A DNA stretch of 64,000 nt from Candidatus Fervidifonticultor secundus (GTDB taxonomy: Bacteria; Sysuimicrobiota; Sysuimicrobiia; Sysuimicrobiales; Humicultoraceae). Every line of letters starts with the position of its first letter. Positions within the stretch are counted from its first letter, which is position 1. Under the pieces are notes generated by a model. That model made no database searches. It was not told the DNA's origin and saw nothing but the letters and a program-made list of their open reading frames with translations. The position numbers and the translations under genes are program-made. Below, piece after piece: positions 38,475 through 48,026 of this stretch. The stretch spans positions 64,001-128,000 of the forward strand of contig JAVKIP010000004.1 in the NCBI GenBank assembly GCA_031459385.1. The letters are read 5' to 3'.

Positions 38475-39313
38475 TGCGCGCCGCGCCCGGCTCGCAGCGC
38501 TGTGCCGGCCGTCGGAGCCCGCCCGCCGCCGTGGTGGCGGCACTGGTCCTGCTGGCCGCTGGGGGGGCGGCCGCGCAGGCGCCGGCGCGTGCCGGGCCGG
38601 TGGAACTCAGCGGCGCAACGCGCGTGGAGCTGGACGATGCCCGGGGCATCTGGCGGGCTGAGGGCGCGCCCGTAGAGCTCGTGCGGGACGGCGCGCGCCT
38701 GCGTGCGCCGCGGCTACGCTACGACGCGCGGGCAGGGGTGGTGGCGGCCGAGGGGGGTGTGGAGGTGGCGGCGCCGGGCGTCGAGGCGCGGGCCGAGCGC
38801 GCGGAGCTCCGGCTGGCGGACGAGTGGCTGCGGGCGAGCGGCGATGTCCGGCTGACGGCGACGCAGGGAGAGGTGCGGGTGCGGGCGCCCGAAGTGCAGG
38901 GCTCGCTGCGCACGCGGCGGTTTGTGGCCACCGGTGGGGTCGCGCTCGCGCGCGGGGAGGCCGTGCTCACCGGCCGGCGGGTGGACTACGACGACGGCGC
39001 GCGCACCGCGATCGCAACGGGCGAGCCTGAGCTGCGCCTGCGCGAGACACGCCTGCAGGCGCAGACGCTGGTGCTGCTGGTGGACCAGGAGCGCATCACC
39101 GGCGAGGGCGACGTGCGCGTGCGGCGGGGCGACCTGCTGGCCACGGCCCCCCGGGTGGATCTGCGGCTGCGCGAAGGCGCCGCGACCCTTGCGGGCGGCG
39201 CGCGAGCCCAGCGGGGAGGCGACGTGATCGTGGCCGAGGAGATCGTGGTGGCGCTGGACGGCTCGTCCATCGTCGCGCGCGGCTCGCCCCGCCTCACCGT
39301 CACGACACCGTAG
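38474..39313 (+). CDS. lptA: LptA/OstA family protein (extended jellyroll)
   Basis: Signal peptide and repeated jellyroll strands (AEGGVEV, ASGDVRL, ATGGVAL, GEGDVRV); lies between lptC and lptB. Confidence 0.7.
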   Translation: MRAAPGSQRCAGRRSPPAAVVAALVLLAAGGAAAQAPARAGPVELSGATRVELDDARGIWRAEGAPVELVRDGARLRAPRLRYDARAGVVAAEGGVEVAAPGVEARAERAELRLADEWLRASGDVRLTATQGEVRVRAPEVQGSLRTRRFVATGGVALARGEAVLTGRRVDYDDGARTAIATGEPELRLRETRLQAQTLVLLVDQERITGEGDVRVRRGDLLATAPRVDLRLREGAATLAGGARAQRGGDVIVAEEIVVALDGSSIVARGSPRLTVTTP

Positions 39314-39322
39314 GGCGCCGCG

Positions 39323-40039
39323 ATGCTGGCGGCCCGGGGGCTCGTCAAGCGGTTCGGCCGGCGCACCGTGGTCGACGGGGTCGATCTTCAGGTCGAGCGC
39401 GGGGAGATCGTGGGGCTCCTGGGGCCCAACGGCGCCGGGAAGACCACCACGTTCTACATGATGGTTGGCCTGATCCGCCCGGACGCCGGCGAGGTGTGGC
39501 TCGACGATGTGCCCATCACGCTGTGGCCCGTGCACCTGCGTGCGCGCAAGGGCATCGGCTACCTGAGCCAGGAGCCGTCGATCTTCCGCGGCCTGACCGT
39601 CGAAGAGAACATCCGGGTGGTCCTGGAGATGAACGGGGTGCTCCCCGACGAGCATGCCGAGATCGTCGCGGCGCTGCTGGAGGAGTTCGACCTGGTGCAC
39701 CTGCGCCACCAGGCGGGCGGCACCCTGTCTGGCGGCGAGCGGCGCCGCGTGGAGATCGCCCGGGTGCTGGCCATGCACCCGTCGTTCATCCTGCTGGACG
39801 AGCCGTTCACGGGCGTGGATCCCAAGTCGGTGGCCGAGATCCAGGAGATCGTGGTGCGGCTGCGGGAGCGGGGGCTTGGCGTCGTTATCACCGACCACAA
39901 CGTCCGCGACACTCTGGCCATCACCGACCGGTCGGAGATCATGCACGAGGGACGCATCTTGTTCGCCGGGACCGCGGAGGAGATCATGGCCAGCGAGGCC
40001 GCACGCCGGTTCTACCTGGGCGAGCGCTTCCGGCTCTAG
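39323..40039 (+). CDS. lptB: LPS export ABC ATPase
   Basis: GPNGAGKTTTFYM, QEPSIFR, LSGGERRRVEIAR, LLDEPF, ITDHNVR, YLGERF. Confidence 0.96.
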   Translation: MLAARGLVKRFGRRTVVDGVDLQVERGEIVGLLGPNGAGKTTTFYMMVGLIRPDAGEVWLDDVPITLWPVHLRARKGIGYLSQEPSIFRGLTVEENIRVVLEMNGVLPDEHAEIVAALLEEFDLVHLRHQAGGTLSGGERRRVEIARVLAMHPSFILLDEPFTGVDPKSVAEIQEIVVRLRERGLGVVITDHNVRDTLAITDRSEIMHEGRILFAGTAEEIMASEAARRFYLGERFRL

Positions 40040-40044
40040 CGGCC

Positions 40045-41118
40045 ATGCGGCGGCTGGACCGGTACATCCTCCGTGAGGTTGGCGGGGTCTTCGTCTTCGG
40101 CATCGGCCTGTTCACGACCCTGCTGGCCCTGAACCACATCTTCTTCCTGGCCCGGGTGACCGCCGACGCGGGCGCCCCATGGCGCGCCATGTTCACGCTG
40201 CTGGTGCTGCGCCTGCCCTACTTCGTCAGCTACAGCCTCCCCATGGCCATGCTGCTGGCGACGCTGCTCGCCTTCGGCCGGCTCTCGGACAGGAACGAGA
40301 TCACGGCCATGCGCACCAGCGGCTGGAGCCTGGGGCGCGTGGCGCTCCCGGTGCTGGTGGCCGCCGGGGTCATCGCGGGCGTCGCGCTGGGTGCCAACGA
40401 GTGGGTGGTGCCAGTCAGCGAGAGCCGCTACCGCGCCGTGCTGGCCGAGGTCGTGCGGGCCCCGCGGCGGCAGGTCCAGGAGCACGTGGTGGTCCGCGAG
40501 CCCATCGACGGCCTCGAGTCGCTGGTCTATGCCCGTGAGCTGCACCCGGCCGACGGGGCGATGCGCCAGGTCGTGATCGTCCAGTTGGTCGACGCGCGGC
40601 CAGCGCGCGTGATCGAAGCCGAGGAAGCCCGCTACGACCCGCAGGAGGGCTGGACGCTGCGCCGCGGCGTTGTCCACCTGTTCGCCGCCGACGGCGCCAT
40701 TGCCACCCGCTTCGTCGCCCTGCGCGTGCGGCTGGCGCGCACGCCGCCGCAGATCGCCGCGGCCCGCCGCGACCCCGCCGAGATGACGATCCGCGAGCTG
40801 CGCGACCAGATCGCCCGCCTGCGCGCGACCGGCGAGAACGTCGCCCGCTATGCGGTGAACCTGCATGCGAAGGTCGCCCTGCCCCTGTCCGCCGCGATCT
40901 TCGCCCTGCTGGCGGTGCCGCTGGGGCTGCGGCCGCACCGGTCGGGTCGCTCGGTGGGCCTGGGGCTGACGATCCTGATCCTGCTCGTCTACTACTTTGC
41001 CCTGTCCATGACCATCACCCTGGGCGAGCGCGGGCGCCTCCAGGCGTTCTGGGCGGCATGGACCCCCAACCTGATCGTGGCCGCCGCTGGCGTGCTGCTC
41101 CTGTGGCGGGCGCGCTGA
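40045..41118 (+). CDS. LptF/LptG family permease (single copy here)
   Basis: LDRYILRE, LPMAMLLATLLAFGRLSDRNEITAM, PAEMTIREL, AAWTPN. Confidence 0.9.
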   Translation: MRRLDRYILREVGGVFVFGIGLFTTLLALNHIFFLARVTADAGAPWRAMFTLLVLRLPYFVSYSLPMAMLLATLLAFGRLSDRNEITAMRTSGWSLGRVALPVLVAAGVIAGVALGANEWVVPVSESRYRAVLAEVVRAPRRQVQEHVVVREPIDGLESLVYARELHPADGAMRQVVIVQLVDARPARVIEAEEARYDPQEGWTLRRGVVHLFAADGAIATRFVALRVRLARTPPQIAAARRDPAEMTIRELRDQIARLRATGENVARYAVNLHAKVALPLSAAIFALLAVPLGLRPHRSGRSVGLGLTILILLVYYFALSMTITLGERGRLQAFWAAWTPNLIVAAAGVLLLWRAR

Positions 41119-41164
41119 GCGGCCCCGCGGGGGCATCCCCGCGGGCGGCGGGGGCCTGCGGCCG

Positions 41165-42790
41165 ATGAGCGGCGGCGAGTGCCGGCAGATGCTGGCCGTC
41201 ACGCTGGCCGCGCTCCTGCTCTTCACCTACGGGCTCGGCGCGGGCAGCCTGTGGGACCAGGACGAGGCCAAATACACGCAGGTGGCCGCGGAGATGCTGG
41301 CCACGGGCGACTGGTGGACGCTGCGCTGGAACGGCGAGCCGTGGTTCGTGCACCCGCCGCTGTTCATGTGGCTCCAGGCCGCCACGGCGCGTCTCGTCGG
41401 TCTGACCGAGGCCACGGCGCGCTGGTGGTCGGCGGTTTCCCAGGCCGTGGTCGTGGGCGTGACCTCCCTGCTGGGTCGTCTGCTCTACGATGCCCGGACA
41501 GGGTGGCTGGCCGCTGCGGTTGCGGCCACCATGTTGCAGATGGTCGTGCAGGCCCGGCTCGCGGTCTTCGACCCCACCCTGCTGGCCGGCATGCTGGCCG
41601 CACTCTACATGGGTCTGGTGGCCCACGCCACGGCCAGCCGCCGCGCCCAGCACTGGGCCTGGGCGTGGGCGGGGCTGGCCACCTCGGCCAAAGGGCCCAT
41701 CGGCCTGCTCCTGCCCGCCGTGGTCTTGGTGGCGCTGGGCATGCGCGCCAGGCGCCTGGGCATCTGGCGCGCGTCGCTCGTCACGGGCCCGTTGCTCTAC
41801 GCCGCAGTGGGCCTGCCCTGGTATGTCGTCGAGACCGTCCGGCACGGCTGGACGTTCCTCCGCCCGGTAGTCGGCTACTACCTGATCACGCGATTCGTCG
41901 GCGTGGTCGAGGAGCAGCCCGGCCCGTGGTGGTACTACGCGCCGGTGCTGGCCGCCGGCGCGTTCCCCTGGACGGCGCTGGCGCTGCCCGCGGGGGTCTA
42001 TCTGGCGCGCCGGGCGTCCGCCTCCCACCAGGTGATCCTGCTGTGGGTGGGGCTGGTGGTGGTCTTCTACTCCATCGCGGGCACGAAGCTGCCCAACTAC
42101 GTGCTCCCGGTCTACCCCGTGCTCGCCATCGGCATCGCGCGCTTCTGCCTGGATGCCCTCGCCGACGCGCCCGGTACGCGCCGCCTCTTCCAGGTGTCGG
42201 TGGGGCTCCTCGTCGCCACTGCCGTCTTCCTCGTCGTCGGCCTGCTCGCCTTCGGGGCGCGGCAGTACCCCGCAGAGACCGCGGCGCTGCTCCCGGCGCT
42301 GCTGCCGGCCCTGGCGGTGCTGGCCGCAGGCCCCCTGAGCGCGGCGCTGCTGGCCATCCTCGGAAGCCGGCGGGCGGCGCTATGCGCGCTCCTGCTGACC
42401 ATGGTCGTGGCCACCCCGGTGCTGGTGCACGTCACCCTGCCGGCTGTCGAGCGGCAGCGCCCGATCCCTCGCCTGGCCGCCCTCCTGCGCGGGCAGATGC
42501 AGCCGGGCGATGCGCTCGCCGCGGTGCAGATGCGCACGACCCCGTCACTCGTCTACTACGCGGGCACGCGGGTGCAGTTCCTGCGCACGCGCGACGACCT
42601 CGCGCAGGCGCTGTGCGCCCACTCCCGGCTGTTCGTCGTCGTCCCCGACGGGCTGTACCGCTCCTGGTTCGCCGCCGGGCTACCTCCCGACGTGCGCACC
42701 GTCGGACAGGAGGGAACCTATCGCTTGTTGCGGAAGGACGGCCCGGCGCCCTGCGCCGGCACGCGGCCCGCCTCCCCGCCCCGCCCGTAG
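41165..42790 (+). CDS. ArnT/PMT-like membrane glycosyltransferase (GT-C)
   Basis: LWDQDEAKY, MLATGDW, HPPL, AKGPIG, PWWYY, TKLPNYVLP. Confidence 0.85.
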   Translation: MSGGECRQMLAVTLAALLLFTYGLGAGSLWDQDEAKYTQVAAEMLATGDWWTLRWNGEPWFVHPPLFMWLQAATARLVGLTEATARWWSAVSQAVVVGVTSLLGRLLYDARTGWLAAAVAATMLQMVVQARLAVFDPTLLAGMLAALYMGLVAHATASRRAQHWAWAWAGLATSAKGPIGLLLPAVVLVALGMRARRLGIWRASLVTGPLLYAAVGLPWYVVETVRHGWTFLRPVVGYYLITRFVGVVEEQPGPWWYYAPVLAAGAFPWTALALPAGVYLARRASASHQVILLWVGLVVVFYSIAGTKLPNYVLPVYPVLAIGIARFCLDALADAPGTRRLFQVSVGLLVATAVFLVVGLLAFGARQYPAETAALLPALLPALAVLAAGPLSAALLAILGSRRAALCALLLTMVVATPVLVHVTLPAVERQRPIPRLAALLRGQMQPGDALAAVQMRTTPSLVYYAGTRVQFLRTRDDLAQALCAHSRLFVVVPDGLYRSWFAAGLPPDVRTVGQEGTYRLLRKDGPAPCAGTRPASPPRP

Positions 42791-42838
42791 CCTGCGGGGG
42801 CAGCGGCGCAGCGTCTGGCGGCGGGGCGGGGAGGCGCA

Positions 42839-43747
42839 GTGGAGTCCGGGCTGATCTTGATCCCCATCCTGATCCTGGCGGGCGGTGCGATCGCCTATGT
42901 GGGCAACGTCGTCGGCCGGACCACCGGCCGGCGGCGGTTGACCCTCTTCGGCCTGCGGCCCCGGCATACGGCGCAGGTGATCACCGTCGCCACCGGCGTG
43001 CTCACCACCGTGGTCACCGTCGTGGCGATCCTGCTGGCGTCCAGCGACGCGCGCACAGGCCTGTTCCACCTGAACGCGCTGCGCGAGCAGATCCGGCAGG
43101 CCGAGGCCCGGCTCGAGCAGATCAAGCAGGGAGACATCGCCTACCTCCGCGCCCAGGAGGTGCTGCGGGAGGTCATCGACGGTCGGCGGCCGGTGGAAGA
43201 GATCCAGGCGCGGCTGGACGCCATGCGCCTGCGCGCCGTGGACCTGGCCGTGGCCAAAGGCATCGCCCCGGATCTCGTCAGCGGCGCGGTGCTCTTCCTC
43301 GACCCGCCCAACGTCACGTGGGAGGCGATCGCCCGCCTGGTCGCGAGCCGGCGCGGCGAGACCATCGTGCGCATCGTCGCGGCTGAGAACACTCTGCGAG
43401 GCGAGGCGCTCCGGGTCTTCGTCATGCGACATGACCGCACGCTGGCGTATCGGGCGGGCACGCGCCTGGGCAGCGGGGTCATCGATGGACGGGTCGGCCG
43501 CGAACGCGTGGGCCTCGAGCTCCTGGCTCTGGTGGATCGGGTGACCGAAGGCGCGGCGTCCAGGCTGCTGTCCCCGCCGTTCGCACGCATCACCGACCCG
43601 CCCCCGACCCAGGTGGACGTGGACGAGCACCGCCGCGCCGTGACCGAGATCCTACGCCGGGGCGGCGAGGTGCGCGTCGACGTCGTCGTCCGACGCGATG
43701 TGACCACCGAGATGCCGCTCGTCGTGGGCTTCGCGCTGAGCCCCTGA
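42839..43747 (+). CDS. DUF3084-like protein
   Basis: GGAIAYVG...GRRRLTLFGLRPRHTA..ITV.TG N-terminus, AAENT motif. Confidence 0.78.
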   Translation: MESGLILIPILILAGGAIAYVGNVVGRTTGRRRLTLFGLRPRHTAQVITVATGVLTTVVTVVAILLASSDARTGLFHLNALREQIRQAEARLEQIKQGDIAYLRAQEVLREVIDGRRPVEEIQARLDAMRLRAVDLAVAKGIAPDLVSGAVLFLDPPNVTWEAIARLVASRRGETIVRIVAAENTLRGEALRVFVMRHDRTLAYRAGTRLGSGVIDGRVGRERVGLELLALVDRVTEGAASRLLSPPFARITDPPPTQVDVDEHRRAVTEILRRGGEVRVDVVVRRDVTTEMPLVVGFALSP

Positions 43748-43824
43748 GCGCACCGGCCGCGCCGCCGGCAGGAGGCGGGGGGCCGAGGGCGAAGAGAGAA
43801 AGTAAGATCAACCGCATAGCGAGC

Positions 43825-44016
43825 GGCGCAGGTGGACGGGGGAACGTGTGGGGTGTCCCCGTCAGAATAGGGAAGTCCGGTGATCCCGGCTTTGGGAGAA
43901 GCCGGCGCGGTCCCGCCGCTGTGACGGAGAGTCCGGCAGCCGCACGTGCCACTGGGAGGAGTCCCGGGAAGGCCGGCTGCGGGCGATGACCCGAAGCCAG
44001 AAGACCTGCCTGCGCC
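43825..44016 (+). ncRNA. Cobalamin (B12) riboswitch
   Basis: P1 GGCGCAGGT/GCCTGCGCC; AATAGGGAA, CCGGTG, GTCCCGCCGCTGT, GCCACTG..GGGAAGG, B12 box AGCCAGAAGACCTGCC; -10-like TAAGAT at 43803; upstream of a TonB receptor. Confidence 0.95.
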
Positions 44017-44055
44017 CATGCCGCACGCCTTCGAGGCAGAGGAGGTGGGCAGGAG

Positions 44056-45900
44056 GTGTGTCTCTCCCGTTGCGTGGCGGCCCGCGGGGCCGCCGTGTTC
44101 GTTTTCGTGACGTCGCTCGCCGGCGCGCCGCAGCCCGTGGCAGCGGTGGCGTTGCAGGAGCCCCCGGTCTTCGAGTTGCCCGACGTGGTGGCGCCGGGTC
44201 GTCGCCTCCAGCCACGCACTGCGACGCCGGCGAACGTCTCGGTGCTGACCGCCGCCGATCTCGCCCGCCTGGGCGTGCGCACCGTCGGCGAGGCGCTGGC
44301 CTACCTGCCCGAGGTCTACGTGCGCAGCCTGGGCGGGCCGGGCGCGCTGCAGGAGATCAGCATCCGCGGCACCAGCTCCGCCCACACGTTGGTGCTGCTG
44401 GACGGTGTGCCGCTCAACAGCCCGGCGCAGGGGCTGGCCCAGCTCAACACCATTCCCGTCGACATCGTCGAGCGCATCGAGGTGCTGCGCGGGCCGTTCT
44501 CCGCCATCTATGGCAGCGGCGCGCTCGGCGGCGTCGTGCGCATCGTCACGCGTCGCGCGCCGGGGGGGGCAGCCCGCGCGGGCGCCGGGACCCAGGGCAG
44601 CGCGCACGCCATCACGACCTGGGGGTGGCGGCGGGACGGCGCCGGCGTGCGCCTGGACGCGGTGCACGATCGCAGCCAGGGCTTCCGCCCCAACAGTGAC
44701 TACGCCGGGTCGACGCTCGCCGGGCGGCTCACCCTCGATCTGGGCACGGGCCGCACCTTCTCCCTCGGCCTCTCGCAGTTCTGGGCCGACCAGGGCGTGC
44801 CGGGTTCCACGGCGTTCCCCTCGCCCCTGGCCCGCCAGCAGAGCGGCCGGACGGCGCTCGATGCCGTCTGGCGGCTGGAGGGGCCGGCCGACCACCGCCG
44901 CACGCTGCGCGCCTGGGGCCTCGCCGACGACATCACGTTCACCGATCCGGCCTTCGCCGCAACGACCCGCACGCGCGCCACCGCCCTGGGGCTCGAGGGG
45001 CAGGCGATCCGCTCGCTGTCGGCCGCTCACGTGGTCACCGTCGGGTGGGAGGTGCAGCGGCACGCCGTGGAGATGCAGTCGAGCTCGCTGTTCGGCACGA
45101 GCGCGCTGGTCCGGGACGCCTGGGTGGGCGCCCTCTACGTCGCGAGCGACCGCACCCTGGATCCGGCGACCCTGCTGTCGGGCGGCCTGCGGGTCGACCT
45201 CCACAGCGTCTACGGCAGTCAGCTCAACCCCCGCGTCGGGCTGGTCCGCCAGCTGGACGATCGGACCGTGCTGCGGGCTGCGGTGGGCCACACGTTCCGC
45301 GGCCCCTCGTTCCTGCTGTTGTTCTTCCCGGGGTGCAGCAACCCGGCGCTGGCCCCGGAGCGCGCCTGGGCGGCTGACGCAGGCCTCGAACGCACGCTGG
45401 CCCCGGGACTGGTGGGGCGGCTCGTGGCATACGCCACGGTGGCCACCGATCTGATCCGGCCCGGCTGCCCGCCCGTCAACGTCGACCGCGCCACGATCGT
45501 CGGCGCCTCTGCCGAGCTCGAGGGCCGGCTGGCACCCGCGCTCGCGCTGCGCGCGCACGTCACCACTACCAACGGTCGCGACGGCGCCGGCGGCGCCCTG
45601 ATCCGCGTGCCGGCCTGGAGCGCCGCCGCCACGCTGCACTGGACGGTCCGGCCGCAGACGACGCTGAGCCTGCTGGCACTCTACGCCGGTGCGCGGCCCG
45701 ACCTCGACTTCTCCACGTTTCCCGCCACGCCCGTCGTGCTGCCGGCCTACACCGTGCTCGGCCTGCGCTACACGCTGGCGACCGGCGCCGGCACGTGGCA
45801 GCTGGGCGTCGACAACCTGCTGGACGCGCCGTATGAGCCGGTGGCGGGCTTTCCGGCGCCCGGTCGGACGGTCTTCGTGTCGTACGCGACCAGCTTCTGA
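44056..45900 (+). CDS. btuB: TonB-dependent receptor, probable cobalamin transporter
   Basis: Plug motifs ISIRG, LVLLDGVP, IERIEVLRGPFSAIYGSGALGGVV; NPALAPE, VDNLLD, PGRT, terminal Phe; riboswitch upstream. Confidence 0.9.
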   Translation: MCLSRCVAARGAAVFVFVTSLAGAPQPVAAVALQEPPVFELPDVVAPGRRLQPRTATPANVSVLTAADLARLGVRTVGEALAYLPEVYVRSLGGPGALQEISIRGTSSAHTLVLLDGVPLNSPAQGLAQLNTIPVDIVERIEVLRGPFSAIYGSGALGGVVRIVTRRAPGGAARAGAGTQGSAHAITTWGWRRDGAGVRLDAVHDRSQGFRPNSDYAGSTLAGRLTLDLGTGRTFSLGLSQFWADQGVPGSTAFPSPLARQQSGRTALDAVWRLEGPADHRRTLRAWGLADDITFTDPAFAATTRTRATALGLEGQAIRSLSAAHVVTVGWEVQRHAVEMQSSSLFGTSALVRDAWVGALYVASDRTLDPATLLSGGLRVDLHSVYGSQLNPRVGLVRQLDDRTVLRAAVGHTFRGPSFLLLFFPGCSNPALAPERAWAADAGLERTLAPGLVGRLVAYATVATDLIRPGCPPVNVDRATIVGASAELEGRLAPALALRAHVTTTNGRDGAGGALIRVPAWSAAATLHWTVRPQTTLSLLALYAGARPDLDFSTFPATPVVLPAYTVLGLRYTLATGAGTWQLGVDNLLDAPYEPVAGFPAPGRTVFVSYATSF

Positions 45901-46041
45901 GGTCAGGCACCCCGTGCGCGTGGTGCGCACGCAAGGAGCCGCGCCCGGGCCTGGTCGAATTGCACAGCGAGATCGTCCGGCGGCGGGTGCGGCCGCGTGG
46001 CGTGCCGGCTGTTCGGATCGCGCTGAACCGGGAGGACGCAG

Positions 46042-46569
46042 ATGCACAGACGGTGGATCGTCATCGCGGGGTTGATCGCCGCTGCGGCCGCGAGCCGGCT
46101 GCTGCCCCACCCGCCCAACGCCACGCCCATCGCGGCGATGGCGCTGTTCGGCGGCGCGCACCTGGCCGACCGGCGGCTGGCGCTCCTGCTGCCGCTGGCC
46201 GCCATGCTCGCCAGCGACCTGGTGCTGGGGCTCCACGCCCTGCTGCCGGTGGTCTACGGCGCGTTCGCGCTGATCGTCTGGATCGGCACACGCCTGGCCG
46301 GGCGCATCACGCCGGTGCGCGTGGCGGGCGCGACCCTGGCGGGATCGGTGCTCTTCTTCGTCGTCACCAACGTCGGCGTGTGGGCGCTGGGCGGGCTCTA
46401 TCCGCGCACGGCGGCCGGGCTCGTCGCCGCGTACGTGGCGGCGGTGCCGTTCTTCCGGAACATGCTGCTCGGTGATGCTGCGTATGCGCTGCTCCTCTTC
46501 GGCGGCTACGCGCTGCTGGAGCGGACGCTGGCGACCGCCCCGCATCCCGCGCAGGCCGATCGGACCTGA
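46042..46569 (+). CDS. DUF6580-like small membrane transporter (ECF S-component/BtuM-like)
   Basis: SRLLPHPPNATPIAAMALF, SDL, FFVVTN, PFFRN; about 6 TM segments; SD GGAGG. Confidence 0.75.
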   Translation: MHRRWIVIAGLIAAAAASRLLPHPPNATPIAAMALFGGAHLADRRLALLLPLAAMLASDLVLGLHALLPVVYGAFALIVWIGTRLAGRITPVRVAGATLAGSVLFFVVTNVGVWALGGLYPRTAAGLVAAYVAAVPFFRNMLLGDAAYALLLFGGYALLERTLATAPHPAQADRT

Positions 46570-47519
46570 TGGGACCACGGCTCCCCGTGCTGCTGCTCGT
46601 CGCAGGTCTGGGGGCTGCGGTCGCGGGCATGCGTCCGACCGCGCCGCAGCGGCCGTGGCCGCCGGCGGCGGGCCAGACTCCCATCCCGGTTGGATCTCCC
46701 CGGGGCGGGATGGCGACATCCGGCGCCGGACCGACCGCCGTCGAGGAGGCGGGCCTGCGCGGCGAGACGTCGGCCGTGGGCCCGTCCTCCGACGCCGCGC
46801 CACCCCGACCCCTGGTCGCCACACGGCCCCGCCCGCGGGCGGGCAGCGCGCGACGTGTGGTTCCCCCGGTGCCGCAGCGGCTGGCGGCAGCGCAGGCCCG
46901 GGCCCAGCGCGCCACGACTGCCGCCACGCAGAGCCGGCCGGGGTCCACCCGGGACGCGCCGGCGCGGACCGCTCCCGCCGGGCCGATTCCACCGCAGGCG
47001 GCGCCTGGCCCGGCCGCCCGGCCGGGAGGGCATGCCGCCGACGCGGGCTCGACGCCCGGGCAGCCGGCTGGCGAGGCCGGGGCCACCGGGGCCTCCTCGG
47101 CGCCCGCGCCCGACGAGCCGGCATCGTCCGGTGGGCCTGCGCCTGCGCCGGTACCTGATATGCCGCCGGCGAGCCGCCCGCCAGCGGGCGCGCCGCGCGC
47201 GCCCACGCTCACGCCGCCGGTGCCGGTCGACCTGGCGCCGCCGCACTATCCCGGACCGTCCCGCATGGTCGTCGAGGCTCCCGGCGTGGTGGCATCGGCG
47301 CGCGTCGAGCCGGCCGATGCGCGCGTCCGGCTGCGGCTGGTCGTGCTGGCCGATGGCACCGTTGGGAGCGTGGCCGTCGCGCTGTCATCCGGCCGCGCCG
47401 ACCTCGACGCGGCCGCGCTGCGGGCCGCGCGCGCCTGGCGGTTCCTGCCGGCGCGCCGCGACGGTGTGCCCGTCGACAGCGTGGTGCTGATCTGGGTGCT
47501 GTTCACCGCCGCGCCCTGA
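46569..47519 (+). CDS. tonB: TonB family energy transducer
   Basis: N-terminal TM, Pro/Ala-rich linker, YP...VRLRLVVLADGTV..SSGRADLDAAAL..WRFLPARRDG. Confidence 0.85.
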   Translation: MGPRLPVLLLVAGLGAAVAGMRPTAPQRPWPPAAGQTPIPVGSPRGGMATSGAGPTAVEEAGLRGETSAVGPSSDAAPPRPLVATRPRPRAGSARRVVPPVPQRLAAAQARAQRATTAATQSRPGSTRDAPARTAPAGPIPPQAAPGPAARPGGHAADAGSTPGQPAGEAGATGASSAPAPDEPASSGGPAPAPVPDMPPASRPPAGAPRAPTLTPPVPVDLAPPHYPGPSRMVVEAPGVVASARVEPADARVRLRLVVLADGTVGSVAVALSSGRADLDAAALRAARAWRFLPARRDGVPVDSVVLIWVLFTAAP

Positions 47520-47520
47520 G

Positions 47521-47946
47521 GTGTCCTCGCGCGTCGTCCTGGCGATCGACCCCGGACGGCAGAAGTGCGGGGTGGCCGTGTGCGCGCCGGGCCGCGTGCT
47601 GGCCAGGACCGTGGTGGCCACGGAGCACCTGGCAGACCTCGTGCGCGAATGGAGCGGCCGCTTCGGCGTCACCGAGGTGGTGATCGGCGACCGCACCGGA
47701 GCAGCCGTCGTGGCGCGGATGGTGGCGGGCATCCTTACCGTGCCGCAGCGGCTCGTGGACGAGGCTGGCACGACGCTGCGCGCGCGGTTCCGGTACTTCG
47801 CCGAGCATCCGCCGCGCGGCTGGCGCCGGCTGATCCCGCGCGGCCTGCAGATCCCGCCCAGGGCCTACGACGACTACGTCGCGGTGCTCCTGGCCGAGGC
47901 GGCCCTGGCCCAGGACGCGCCCCCCGGCGCGCACGGGAACGGATAG
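47521..47946 (+). CDS. YqgF/RuvX-like RNase H-fold protein
   Basis: VLAIDPGRQKCGVAV, VIGDRT, VDEAGTTLRAR, DDYVAVLLAE. Confidence 0.8.
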   Translation: MSSRVVLAIDPGRQKCGVAVCAPGRVLARTVVATEHLADLVREWSGRFGVTEVVIGDRTGAAVVARMVAGILTVPQRLVDEAGTTLRARFRYFAEHPPRGWRRLIPRGLQIPPRAYDDYVAVLLAEAALAQDAPPGAHGNG

Positions 47947-48026
47947 GACCGCGCGCGGCCGTGCGGTACACTGAGTGGGGTTTTGAGCCCCGTCGATTCG
48001 GCCGGCAGGCTCCAAGAGGCGACAGC

